A stretch of 62,549 nucleotides of DNA, the filler included, from Squatina squatina (taxonomy: Eukaryota): NCBI GenBank assembly GCA_031763465.1. It is 3 parts of 3 records of this genome, joined end to end, with 100 filler letters (N's around TTAATTAATTAA, not from the genome) between each part and the next. Parts side by side here need not be neighbours in the genome. Positions count along the whole stretch, not along the records: positions 45,299 to 62,549 come from JARFOE010000194.1; 2 more parts are not named here. One strand, written 5' to 3'. The translations under genes and the position numbers were made by a program. A model generated the notes under the pieces. That model searched no databases. It saw only the letters and a program-made list of their open reading frames with translations, and was not told the DNA's origin. Below, piece after piece: positions 51,201 to 62,549 of the stretch. The first letter of the stretch is position 1; every line of letters begins with the position of its first letter.

Positions 51201-52930
51201 AATATCTACTCCATCAGAGCATATTTTTGCACCAGATCAATTCTGCTCTGTTACTGAAGTAGAAATTATTCAACTCGGGAACCATATATTATATAGGAAT
51301 GCTGTTTCTTATTTTTAAACGGTAAATTTAAATCATTTCTGTGAGAAGCATAAACATTCCTCATATGTATTCAGTACCTTGCACTTGGATTCTTACTTTA
51401 TCACCTTTCTGCTGAATAAGATAATTGGTAACTTTGGGGAAGTATTTATGGCCCTATCCTGTGAGTCCAGTGCTGTTTAGTGCAGACATTTGATCCAGAA
51501 AGGTCCATTTTCTCAGACTGTCAGCTATTCCCATAATGAACTGCTAAATTTAAGGGAAAAAACTATAGTTTAACTCAAAGCTGTGTTTCACAGGGTAGGT
51601 CTACTCTTTTGCCAAAGTCTCCTAGGAGGATGCTTATTAAATATTTCCAGTATCAGTGCTGCTACTATGTATTAGAAATGAGACTCTTATGTCAGTACAA
51701 ATTTGCAGTGGTCTGTGCTGAAGGAGATTAGTTAAACCATGCAGTGTTCATTTCAATGTCCACTTATCATGGTTGAGCCATCTTGGTACAACAGGTGAAA
51801 ACTAGCGTTTTGGGTTTTTCAAACAGCTGAATAAAATTGTCTTGATGTAAGGGATCACTTTAGAATTGTTGGCTTGTTATATTTCCAAAAAGTTAGATTG
51901 TGAAGCACCTTATGCTTGTTGACCATTTTTGTAGATGTCAACAGTTTACTGTTTCTGTTCTGCACCTTACCTGTGGTACGGAACACGTACCCTATTTTCC
52001 CTTTTATAGCATCCTGCCTTTTTTGCCTTGTGTATGAACCCTTTATCTAATATTAAGGGATTTGTTAATTCGCATTAAGGGTCAAATGAGAAATTTAGAA
52101 ATCTACCCCAGGTATAGTGCTTAAAATAGTTTTATGACTACTTATTCTTCCCTCTGAATGCAAGTGTGTGTGTTAAAGCATGAAGGGGAGTTTAGTATGC
52201 AACAAAGGAAAACAATCTAGTTCAAAACTAATTAAAAGACTGGCAAGAGGCTTTCACAGCAGTGAAATTATATTTTTACTTCTGACCATTTCTTAAATTT
52301 ACATTTCCTGGTTAAAACTAGCCTTGGCAGTGAAAAGTCCAGTCTTAATGTTTGAAATAAAGTATCAGTTTATCAGTGGCCTGAAACAAAAGGGTTTAAA
52401 ACCAGCTACCACTAAATTGAGGCATTGTAGTTATGGGGTAACTTTTTGGCCTTTTCAATTGACCCTCCAAGTAACAGGCTAGCATTTTTGAGGTGATCTC
52501 CAACTTTTTCCCCCATTTACTATAGTACAGTATGTTGGTATAAATTCAAGTACAATTTTCAAGTGCTTTAAATCCTGCCAGATTTATTANNNNNNNNNNN
52601 NNNNNNNNNNNNNNNNNNNNNNNNNNNNNNNNNNNNNNNNNNNNNNNNNNNNNNNNNNNNNNNNNNNNTGTATGCTTCATTATGTTATTGTGACATTTGA
52701 ATACTGTGAAGTTTTATCTGCATACTTACTTTATACTGAAGTATTAAGCCTTAAATTTGTTCGTGTGAAAGAATAATTGACATTCTGGGGATGAAGTTTT
52801 TTTTTTAATGTTACCAGCACTTTTTTGTAAGTTTCACTTTCCAAGTTATTGTAAAGTTCACGCTGTAGTGAAGTTTGAACATGAAGGAATAAAAACTCTA
52901 GTACTTTCCTGTACTGAAAAGGTGTATTTA
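45299..52930 (+). other. Long AT/U-rich 3'UTR-like tract ending near AATAAA (52888-52893)
   Basis: Nearly transposon-free, T-skewed on +, no coding exons; repeats resume just after the AATAAA; possibly ZBTB20 3'UTR by synteny (inference). Confidence 0.45.
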
Positions 52931-53076
52931 CTGTTTTTTTAACTCTGATCATTGTACTATAATGTAAATGATTATAAAGCTGATTTAATAATCCTATTCA
53001 GGACTTTCTTTTATAGCTGCAAAGATGATGCACATTTCCTTTAAATTCAGATTGCCTTCATATACTGCAGGTATAG

Positions 53077-53278
53077 ATGAATCATAGAATCTTACAGCAC
53101 AGAGGAAGCCATTCAACCCATCATGCCTATGCTGGCTCTTTGAAAGAGCAGTCGTGCTTAGTCCCACATCCCCGCTCTTTGTCCATATCTCTGCAAATTA
53201 GTCCTCTTCAAGTACATGTCCAATTGCGCTTTAAAAGTTCCCATCGAATCTGATTCTACCGTCCCAGATCTTCACAAC

Positions 53279-53327
<49 letters not shown>

Positions 53328-54194
53328 ATATTTCTCCTAATTTCCCCTCTAGTTCTTCTGCCAATTATTTTAAATCTAAGACTTCTGGTTACTGACCCAC
53401 TTGCCAGAGGAAGTAGTTTCTCCCCGCTTGCTCTTATCAAAAGCCTTCATGATTTTGAATACTTCTGTTAGGTTTCTCATTAACCTTCGCTTGTCTAAGG
53501 AGAACAATCCCAGCTTTTCCAATCTCTCCACATAACTGAACTCCCTCATCCTGGTAAGCCTCCCCTGTACCCCGGGCCTCAACATCCTGTCTAAAGTGTG
53601 GTGCCCAGAATTGTGTACACTATTCCAGCTGAGGCCTAAACCGAGATTTGTTTAGGTTTAGCATGACTACTTGGTTTTTTATTCAATGTCCCTATTTACA
53701 AAGCCAAGTATCCTATACATTTTCTTAACTGCCTTATCAACTTGCCCAGCCACCTTCAAAGATTTGTGAATATGCAGCCCCAGGTCCCTCTGTTCTTGCA
53801 CTCCCCTCTCAAAATAGTACCATTTAGATTATACTGCCTCTCCATGTTGTTTCTGGTGAAGTGCATCACTTAACACTTATCTGCATTAAATTGTATCTGC
53901 CATGTGTCTGCCCATTTCACCAGTCTGTCTATGTCCTCCTGAAATCTGCCACTATCATGCTCACTATTTACTACATTGCCATGTTTTTTTTTATTGTCCG
54001 CAAACTTCCTATACCCAAGTCCAGGTCATTTATATATAACAAAAGCAGTGCTCCTGGGGACCCCACTGCATATTTCTATACAGACAGAAAAACATCTGTT
54101 CACCACTACCCTCTGCCTCCTATCCCTTAACTCATTTCGAACCTAAGTTACTACCTTCCCTTTAATACCATGTGCTTCTATTTTCCAAATAAGT
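53077..54194 (-). mobile_element. CR1 LINE 3' portion
   Basis: EFSYVERLEKLGLFSLDKRRLMRNLTEVFKIMKAFD; (ATCATAGA) tail. Confidence 0.85.
53281..53326. repeat. (TG)n microsatellite inside CR1
   Basis: About 23 perfect TG units. Confidence 0.95.
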
Positions 54195-56244
54195 NNNNNN
54201 NNNNNNNNNNNNNNNNNNNNNNNNNNNNNNNNNNNNNNNNNNNNNNNNNNNNNNNNNNNNNNNNNNNNNNNNNNNNNNNNNNNNNNNNNNNNNNCAGTAT
54301 TTTAATAAAAAATTGCCCCAGTGAATGGTCTATTCATGAGTATGTGGAGGTTGAATACATGAGCAAGAATAGATAAAAGTGCTTAGAGTCTATTATATGC
54401 AAGTGGAAACTTGGTAAACACTGTACTTGCTCTGTTCATCAGACCTGACTGCAATTAGTTTAAAAAAAAACCATAGAAACAAACTTTCCATCAGCCATCG
54501 TAGTTCCATTTGCCGCTACTCAAAATACAAAGACAGCAAAATGAAGAACATGTTCTTGAATCTACAAATGAGAACTAAATTGTTGAGCATACGGTTTTGT
54601 AGATTTCTTGTAAGAACACTAACCTACAAGTATTTCACTTCTTTCTTTTACACTCCACACACAGGTAGGTTTCAAACTTTCTTCTATAGCTACTTCAGAT
54701 TGCTCCCTCTCAGAGTTATAACCTATTCAAATAAAACAGATTGAAGTTATTAAAAAGTACTTGAATTTTCATAATATCATCTCACCCAAGTATTTTTGGA
54801 TGTATTTAATACACTATTAAAACTGGTAAGTAATATTGATTAAAGGCCAGGATTAATCCACAATGAAAACCAAGACAGACATTGTTCTCTAAATGAAGAT
54901 CTACCGCATATGCCACAGATCAACTGAACAATGGCCACAGAAAACAGTCCATCCTTACCCCTTTTTTTTAAAAAAAAAAGCTGCTGGCTTATTTCTGTTT
55001 TGAGTACTTGTCAAATGTAATTTTATCATTTAGGTATAGGGAAAGAAGATTCTGGTTCTTGGATTAAAGGGCATTCAAGTCAGTCAACATCTGATCTGTA
55101 AGGTGTAATGTAAAGCAGGGTTTTCTAGGATTCAAAGACCAGGAACAATTTCTACATAATTCTATGATTTGGTTAATCCAGAATTCAAAATATATTCAGA
55201 AAGAATTGACGTTGATCAATTGTCTCCTAGCACATTTGATGAAATAATCCCATATGAGTTTCTTGTTGGTTTCAAGCAAATGCAAATTATTAATTTTCTT
55301 CCCTTGATGTCACAGGTTTGTACCAAAACTAAACTCAACTCCCACTTGTCAGCTTGTTAAGTCAACTCTCTTGATAACTGAGAGATTCTTCCTTACTGCA
55401 GTGCTATATCTCCCATCAATTTATTTTCCGTACCTTCTCAACATCACAATTTTATGAAGTTAACTCATGCCCACCTTCAACTTTTACCATGCTTCTGTGA
55501 AACTGATTGATATCCATTTTGTCAGTCTATATATAATCTTTAAGATCCAGTACTATGTTCTCCATGCTGCTTAGAATAGGTATTATACTTTATCAGTATG
55601 ATCATTCCTGCTGCCATGTGCATTTTAAATTTTTACATAATTTTTGTTAAGACTCATGTTTCTCATCTTTACTATTTTACCTGATCTGATTCTAATTATT
55701 TTCCATTTCATTTTTCTCCTGCATCATCCTATTTGAAACAGTCTTTGATATTGTATTTCATCAGTGTAGATAAATCTTTAAGGATTGCAAGTGGTGGTCC
55801 TGAATGGACAATGCTAAAAGAGATTGAGGATCAGCCTCTCCTCTTATCTTCCACACTACAAATACTTCTCCCTAATGGTTATTAAAGATGGTTACATGCA
55901 TTCATTAAAATAGTGGACTGTTAGAGAATGGTTTTTATTTATGATTTAGATGTTCTACCTATTGCTCAAAATCAATAAGGTTCTTGAAAAATTAAGGCCG
56001 TGTTTATATTGGCCCAGAAATTCTGGTCAGAACCTTCCTGTGGGCGCAGGCCTCCAACCGGAAAGATTTCTCTGAAAGTTGGGAGGCCCCAACCAATCAA
56101 GGTAGAGATCTCCCCATTCATACTTCTGTTGACCTCCGAATATACAGAGCTCAACAGAGCTATGAATGGAGACACCAAAAAACTCACAAGCACATAAAAA
56201 TAAATTTTTAAAAAGCTCAAATATTAAAATTAATCAAAGTACTA

Positions 56245-56999
56245 TGGGCGGCCAATTGGCACTGTGGCGTTTGCGCTAAATGGGCACAGAACAGGCGTTA
56301 GGGGAATAACGCCCGTTTCTGGCGCTAAAATGACATTTGTGCAATTGGCATCAGTTTAGCGGCGGCGCTCATGCAGGAGCGCTGGAAATGTGGCGCTAGG
56401 CGCTAAACGGCTTCCGTGACGTCATCGGGGGGGCGCACTGCCCAAAATGACCACCCGACAAAGAATTGGCCTCAATTCTTTGGGCGCTAAACGGGCAGTG
56501 ACACCGCCTGGTTTTTTGGGGCGGTACCACCTGTGCTGACCTTTCTATTAGAACGCAAAATCTTTGAGAACCATTCCAAACCTTTTTTGCTGCGTAAATC
56601 CCCATCTAGAGAGCATAAAAAAACATTTAAATCGGTGTGTGCGACTTGGAGCAGCCATTTTTGAGAGTCTCGGTGATTTTGGATTACCTCTTGAAAAGTG
56701 CAAAAATCGGGCTATTCGGCCATGGAAGCCATCAATAATGATGAAGTGGGGATGGAGGTGCAGAGTTGGCTTCCTTCTGGAGCAGAGATCCAAGTCACAA
56801 TGATAGTGACCTTTGCCTGACCCCTTCGATTTGGTACCATTCTGACTAGTCGGACATGGGAGGCATCACTCAAATGGGGTAGGTGAGGTAGACGGATCAC
56901 CTCCTCTTGGATGCTGGAGAGCTGAGCGCACACCAGGATGATGCCAGGCAGTTTGCATCACCAGCTGCCCACCATCATCATGCCCACCAACTCCCTCAC
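56245..56999. mobile_element. GC-rich DNA transposon end (Harbinger-like)
   Basis: Begins GGGCGGCCAATTGGC with repeated GGCGCTA subterminal motifs, resembling the other MITE ends. Confidence 0.5.
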
Positions 57000-58395
57000 N
57001 NNNNNNNNNNNNNNNNNNNNNNNNNNNNNNNNNNNNNNNNNNNNNNNNNNNNNNNNNNNNNNNNNNNNNNNNNNNNNNNNNNNNNNNNNNNNNNNNNNNG
57101 CCTAATGAATGAATGAATGAGTACAAAGCCTACAATTAATAGAGGGCTGGAAATCTTCACCGTTGGGTTTTGGTTGTGGCATGATGCAGGCTAACCGATT
57201 AAGAAAATATCTTGGAACATGTATGGGATCAGACTCTGGTGAAGCGCACCAGCCAATCAATTGGACGGTGATGTAACTTCCTCCAGGAGACTGAACTAGC
57301 AAATTCAGATGCTGGTTAACTCAAATAGAAAACTGGATTAGCAAACAGCACAATCTCCGATTCATCCTTCTTACCTAAGAAATCATTCCAGTTCCAATCT
57401 GGGGATTATCTACAGAGCCCCAGAGGGAGAGCTGGTAGCAGCTAATTTCAATATTGGCTCAGGAGAGTGGAACAGGACAAGCTGTCGTATTTTACAGGAT
57501 TTCAGTTGCTAGTTGTGGCACAGATTATGTATTCATTGCTATGGTGTTGTATGTCACTATTTAAGTTACAGATTTTGTAATATTTATTTAAGCTGTCTTT
57601 CTATCTTCCAAATGTTTTGTATGTCATTATGGAACAGTTTCCATTTTGTTTTACTAATTAGTTTTCTCTTGAAAGGGCTGTGCATTGGTTTAAATTTTTA
57701 TTGTTTGTTTGCCTCTCAGCAGCAGACATTAAAATGGTACTGCATCTGGGTAGTGCTAAATAAAGTAGACCCACAGTCTTTTTAATCTGAAATTGTATTA
57801 GAATGATTTAATTTACACAGAATATTTGCTGAATACAATGCTAATCTTGCCTAGTTATTAAATAGCAATGAGTACAGTACAGCACAGCAATTTCATATTT
57901 TTGTCATCCAAGCACACCATCATCTAAAATACTCCAAATTGATCACCTGGAAACACTACCAATTAAAAAGCACACAAACATTTCAACAACAATATAAACA
58001 TATACGCGAACTCAAACAGTGCTGAAGGGCGAATATACTGTGATTCCTTTTCAGTCTTTTGCCTTGCTCTATGTTTGGGTAAGCTAAAGACAGCACAGTG
58101 ACACCATGAAAGTTTACAGTGAAAGCTTAAGAAATTCTTACATCTTAGGTAGTCTTTTGAACTTATCAAGCCCTAATAATATACTTTGCTATAGCCACTG
58201 AAAATTGTTTTTAAAAAGGCTATTTTTCCAACATAGCAAGAATGCAGGCCCTACGTGCACAAGCGGGAGGTTTCATGGTCACACAGGAAGATAGGTGAGC
58301 AGCTGTTTAACAAGAACTATCAATGTACCTCCACTGGACTCCTTTCCACTGACTAACAAACTAGATATATTTATCAAATCCAAGCCAGATTTCAG

Positions 58396-58760
58396 AATTC
58401 TTGGGGCCCTGAATATCAAGAACAGTGTCTCCCCCTACAGCCCTCCCCCACCCCTAATGCATTAGAACAGAAAGGTGTAGTAAAATTCATGAACAAATAG
58501 GCACGTAGAATGTTTACACACTGCATTAATAATAAAGAANNNNNNNNNNACTTATTTTTAGGCCTCAGTTGAGACCGAGGCTTAAAAAAAATAGAACCAC
58601 TTAAAGAATTCTCGGGGCCCTTGGCAGCAAGAATATTCAGGGACCCTCCACACCCCTCCTTCACGTCCCTGTCCCCACCCTCAATTAAATAGAAACGCCT
58701 GGTGCAATGCATGAAGAAATAGGCCCTAGAATGTTTACACACTGCATTAATAATAAAGAA
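58396..58760. repeat. Diverged direct duplication (~210-220-bp period) across a 10-N gap
   Basis: GAATTCTYGGGGCCC and TAGAATGTTTACACACTGCATTAATAATAAAGAA each occur twice. Confidence 0.75.
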
Positions 58761-59720
58761 AATCATATCACAATATACTACACATAAATTAAACTGATAC
58801 ATGCATTATGGTATGTTTTACCTCAGGCCCCATATTTGGTTGAGGCACCTGGGCACAGGCCTGTCTGTCAATCTGTACCTATATTTAAATATATTATATG
58901 ATTGTATGTTACACCTAACCCCTCAAACCTGCAGCCATGTTTAATGTGCCTTTCCCCTTTGCCAGTGCAAGGTCTGATTGGGGTGGGGAGGAGTCAAGTC
59001 TGGGCCAGATATTAATGTCACAGGAAAGAGAAAACCGGTACATCCAGGCTGCACAAGTGCAGCACTAGGGCAGAGAGGGGATAGGAAAACTTGCCCTAGT
59101 GCCTCCAAGAGAGGAGAGAAAATTGAAAATTATGGAACTGAATAACAGTACCTCTTAAAATTAGTAAAGCACATTATAATGGTTATATGTATTATATTTT
59201 CAAATGAAATGTTAATTTCTTCCACATTTGTCTATTTTCTGAAGAAACACAATTAATAAAAGTTTAATCTTTAATATTTTTTGCATATTCTTGGTTTATC
59301 CCAACAGGTTAATTTATTGTAAATAATTTCCCTCCCTATTGAGCATTTGCATCAATGTGGTGGTGTAGTGTACGTTAGTCTGGAAATTACCTCGAAATAC
59401 CTCCAGAGTGATGGAACATTTTCACAACAGATTTCTAACTCTGCTACAATGTATTTGCATATAAAAATATCACAAATAATATTGCAGAACCACAAAATAC
59501 TTTGAAAACTTAAACACAAAAGAATACAAGCAGACTTATTTTTAAACACAGTGCCATCTTTAGAACTCTAAGTACAATTTGTAGCAACAAGTGCTGAGCT
59601 TTCATGTTTTTTCTTTCCTGAATATTTTCTCTTCACTAATATTAGGTATGTCTTTACCAGTGGAAAAACTGCAAAATGACCCAGTCTTGTCAAAGACTGT
59701 GAATTTTTTAAGTCTGCGGG

Positions 59721-59900
59721 CTAATCTGAATATGATCTCCTTAATGTGACGCTCATATAGTCATCGTCTATGTCTTCACAATCATTGTTGGTTACCGTTG
59801 GCCTGCTTGGCTGCTGTTTGTTGTCCTGGTTATCAGTGTCAGATATATTTTTCAGGATTATATTGATCTGGTTTGGTATGTTGACTCTAGACTTCCTCTG
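59721..59900 (-). CDS. Cytoplasmic-tail last exon of a TIGIT-like receptor
   Basis: tgttttccag|QRKSRVNIPNQINIILKNISDTDNQDNKQQPSRPTVTNNDCEDIDDDYMSVTLRRSYSD*; basic start; DCEDIDDDYMSV resembles TIGIT DCAELHDYFNV; AATAAA downstream at 59318-59313; absent from the ORF track. Confidence 0.65.
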   Translation of the reverse strand, partial: QRKSRVNIPNQINIILKNISDTDNQDNKQQPSRPTVTNNDCEDIDDDYMSVTLRRSYSD

Positions 59901-60029
59901 CTGGAAAACAATTTAAATATGAAAGGAAATTCAGTCAAGGAAATTATGAATTGATGTTTTATCAAAGGGTTTCTGATATGAGAAGTCTCCTTTCTACAAA
60001 GGAACATTAAGGGGGGAGAAAAATAAAGG

Positions 60030-60148
60030 ATTCATAGAGACACTAGAGAAAGGGCTGAAAAGATTCACAAGGATTATACCAGAACTGAGCGGATATACTC
60101 ATCAGAAAAGGCTGAACATGCTGGGGCTCTTTTCTCTGGAAAAGAGAA
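60030..60148 (+). mobile_element. CR1 fragment
   Basis: RFTRIIPELSGYTHQKRLNMLGLFSLEKR. Confidence 0.7.
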
Positions 60149-60248
60149 NNNNNNNNNNNNNNNNNNNNNNNNNNNNNNNNNNNNNNNNNNNNNNNNNNNN
60201 NNNNNNNNNNNNNNNNNNNNNNNNNNNNNNNNNNNNNNNNNNNNNNNN

Positions 60249-60860
60249 AGTGTGCGACTTACAACATGATGCCCTGTCTGTGGCCGGACGCCTGCTGCAC
60301 ATTGAAGGAGTGGAACCCCCTTCAATTGCCTTGCGTGCAGTCAATGACACCCTGCACCCAGGGGAAGCCAGCCGTATGCTTGCTCCGCCTGCTTCGCTCT
60401 GTCCATTGGCGAATGAACTGTAGGTGTTGTTCCTGGTGTACAGACCCTCGGTGACCTCCCTGATACAGCAGTGTATAACAAATTGCGATGTTGCTAATAT
60501 CAACTACTGCAATCTGAAAGGAGCATGTGGCATCAAAGCTGAGGGCCATGATCACTTTGACAGCCACAGGCAGTGCCGTCCATGCCCTGGTTTAGGGCTC
60601 CAGTTGTGGCTGCAGCAGGGGACATAGCTCGGTGACAACATCCTCGGTGAAGCAAATGCACCTCACACATTGCTCCTTGGTGAAGTTGTGGTATGAGAAT
60701 TGCTCCATGAAGGCCTGCTGTGGGTATGGCCCCCTGTGTAGTGCCCTCTTTCTCCCTCTTCTCCCAGATCACCTGTGGATTTGGAACCTGCCCCTAATTC
60801 CTGTCCCCCAGGTAAAAGGCAGCATCATTGCATCCTCTTCTACCTGAGAGGCGCCACGGT
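60249..60860 (-). mobile_element. Degenerate Harbinger transposase, 5' half
   Basis: AVKVIMALSFDATCSFQ..ISQFVIHCCIREVTEGLY..AGFPWVQGVIDCTQ..VCGRPQT. Confidence 0.85.
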
Positions 60861-61215
60861 TTCAGGTTTTGTTTTTACCAGGAGGATTGCCAGACTCCTG
60901 CAAATTAGCATCCAATGAAAACCTGGAATTGAGAGCCTGGGTATCTTACTCTTTTAATGCCTAGTGAATGCAATCTCGTAGAACACACAAGTTAGGAGTG
61001 GAAGAGTACAAACTAAATTTATTTGAATATTAAAGCAACTTATCCAGTCTGGATTTTTTTCAAAAATTGTGAATTAACTGAATCAAAAAAATAGCCAGTC
61101 CTACAACCTTTTGTTCATCACATTAAAAAAACTCTATAAGCTTCAGTATTGTGTTAGTTTATGTCGTTCAAAGCAGTTTGTTAATGTAGGTTAATTTCTA
61201 AAACTCTATCTTTAC

Positions 61216-61545
61216 CTTTTACATCCAAATATATTTTGCTCTCCAGTTTTCCAGCTGGAAAAATATGAAATATGCACGAATACCAGCCTCTGTCTGATTT
61301 GAGAGCTTCTTTGATTGTGATTGTGGAATGTTGTCCCTTGACTTCCATTGTTATTCGCTGGTTGTGTAGAAATGTTTTGTTCGCGGATGCACTGTACACA
61401 GCCAGTTTAGTTTTGTTACTGGATTTCTCCCATTCAACTGATACCATTTTGACACCTTTATCAGAAAGACCACAGTGTAAGGCAACTGAACCACCCTCCA
61501 CAACGGTTACATTCCCATTAGTTTTAAGTTCTGTTGTTTGGACAT
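61216..61545 (-). CDS. IgV exon of a PVR/nectin-family immunoreceptor, TIGIT-like
   Basis: 330-nt phase-1/phase-1 exon (ttctacctag|...|gtaaag): ELKTNGNVTVVEGGSVALHCGLS..VEWEK..LAVY..DRGWYSCIFHIFPAGKLESKIYLDVK vs human TIGIT TIETTGNISAEKGGSIILQCHLS..VNWEQ..LAIC..DTGEYFCIYHTYPDGTYTGRIFLEVL. Confidence 0.85.
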
Positions 61546-62549
61546 CTAGGTAGAAAAGAAAGAGAATTAAGATGTTATAAATTCACTTTGTAATAGCTTT
61601 TATAATAATATCCAGATACAATACTACAAATACAGCAAGTACTAAAGTCACAGAAAGACTCACATTTAAATAGAACACCTTTCACATCATCAGGATGTCC
61701 CACAGTGCTTCACAGCCAGCGAAGTACATTTGAAGTGCTGTTGTTTTGTAAGGCCGTGAATTTCCTCAGGGCTGCTCCAGCTCTGTTGTAGCAACATCGC
61801 TGTAAACCCTGTTTATTTGTGTAACTTCAGTTTCTGTCGTACTTCCAGCGAAGATATTACAGTGGAGCAAAAGCAGCTCCGAGGAAATTCTTGGCTTAGG
61901 TAATTTCAGCAGCCAATTTCCACAGAGAAAGTGCCACAAATAGTAATGAGATAAAAATCTGCATTTGTGGTTTTGGCTGTGCAATGAATGTTGGCTAGGG
62001 TACCAGGAGAATTTACTGCTTTTTTGAAAAACTACCACTGGATTTTTCACATCAACCTGAAGAGCCTGCTGTGAGCCCTTCTCCTCCTCTTCCTCCTCCC
62101 TCTTCTAGTGACTTGTCCTGCTCTGTTCATTCTCCAAGTCATGTTGTATTCCAAGGGGAATGCCTACTGCTGTACCCATGGTAGTTGACAATGGGCACTA
62201 ACGAGCTTGGTTTTTCAATGCAACTGTCTAGGCACAAAGAAAATCCACTTGAGATTTAGCGGCTGGTCAGCACCCATGGAACTGTAACGCAGCATGCGCC
62301 AGTGGCCAGGATGGTGCCCTCCAGAGCTGACCCTGCTGGAATTTGCATGGTCCGTAAGTGGGTATCTCACTAGCAGGGGGCAACAACCACAAGTGCCACT
62401 TTGGGCGCATCTCTGGTACCCACCCACCCCATGTTGCCATGGGGGGCGGGGTTTGATCAAGAGGACCAATCTAACTCAATTGCCAACAATATTTTTCTTT
62501 CAATGCATCAGTAGTCCAAAGCACTTTCCTGGCCTGGGCCCCACTGGTG

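Noticed and set aside
1-62549. Prokaryotic systems (CRISPR arrays, operons, defence islands)
   Set aside because: Spliced vertebrate genes and vertebrate retroelements throughout; no repeat-spacer array seen

Overview
Eukaryotic (vertebrate) DNA, not prokaryotic. The CR1/L2/RTE LINE, Deu-SINE, Harbinger and Penelope-like repeats point to a cartilaginous fish, probably a shark (inference). The window is a gappy scaffold of short contigs, mostly joined by 100-N spacers. Two 44N-TTAATTAATTAA-44N linkers (17202-17301, 45199-45298) join three unrelated loci. (1) 1-17201: repeat-rich DNA ending in exon 2 of PTPN1. (2) 17302-45198: FRRS1(+), a giant MISP/AKAP2-family exon(-), PALMD(-), PLPPR4(-), PLPPR5(+). 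This is the human 1p21 order plus one extra gene. (3) 45299-62549: a long AT-rich 3'UTR-like tract (+) converging on a TIGIT-like IgV receptor gene (-). Main leads are a candidate fourth MISP/AKAP2 ohnologue downstream of PALMD, a PALMD C-terminus with a paralemmin-type lipid anchor, a Harbinger remnant abutting the large PALMD exon in frame, and a shark TIGIT-like receptor with altered tyrosine motifs. Gene identities come from recalled human protein sequences; no database searches were run, and many exons fall in gaps.
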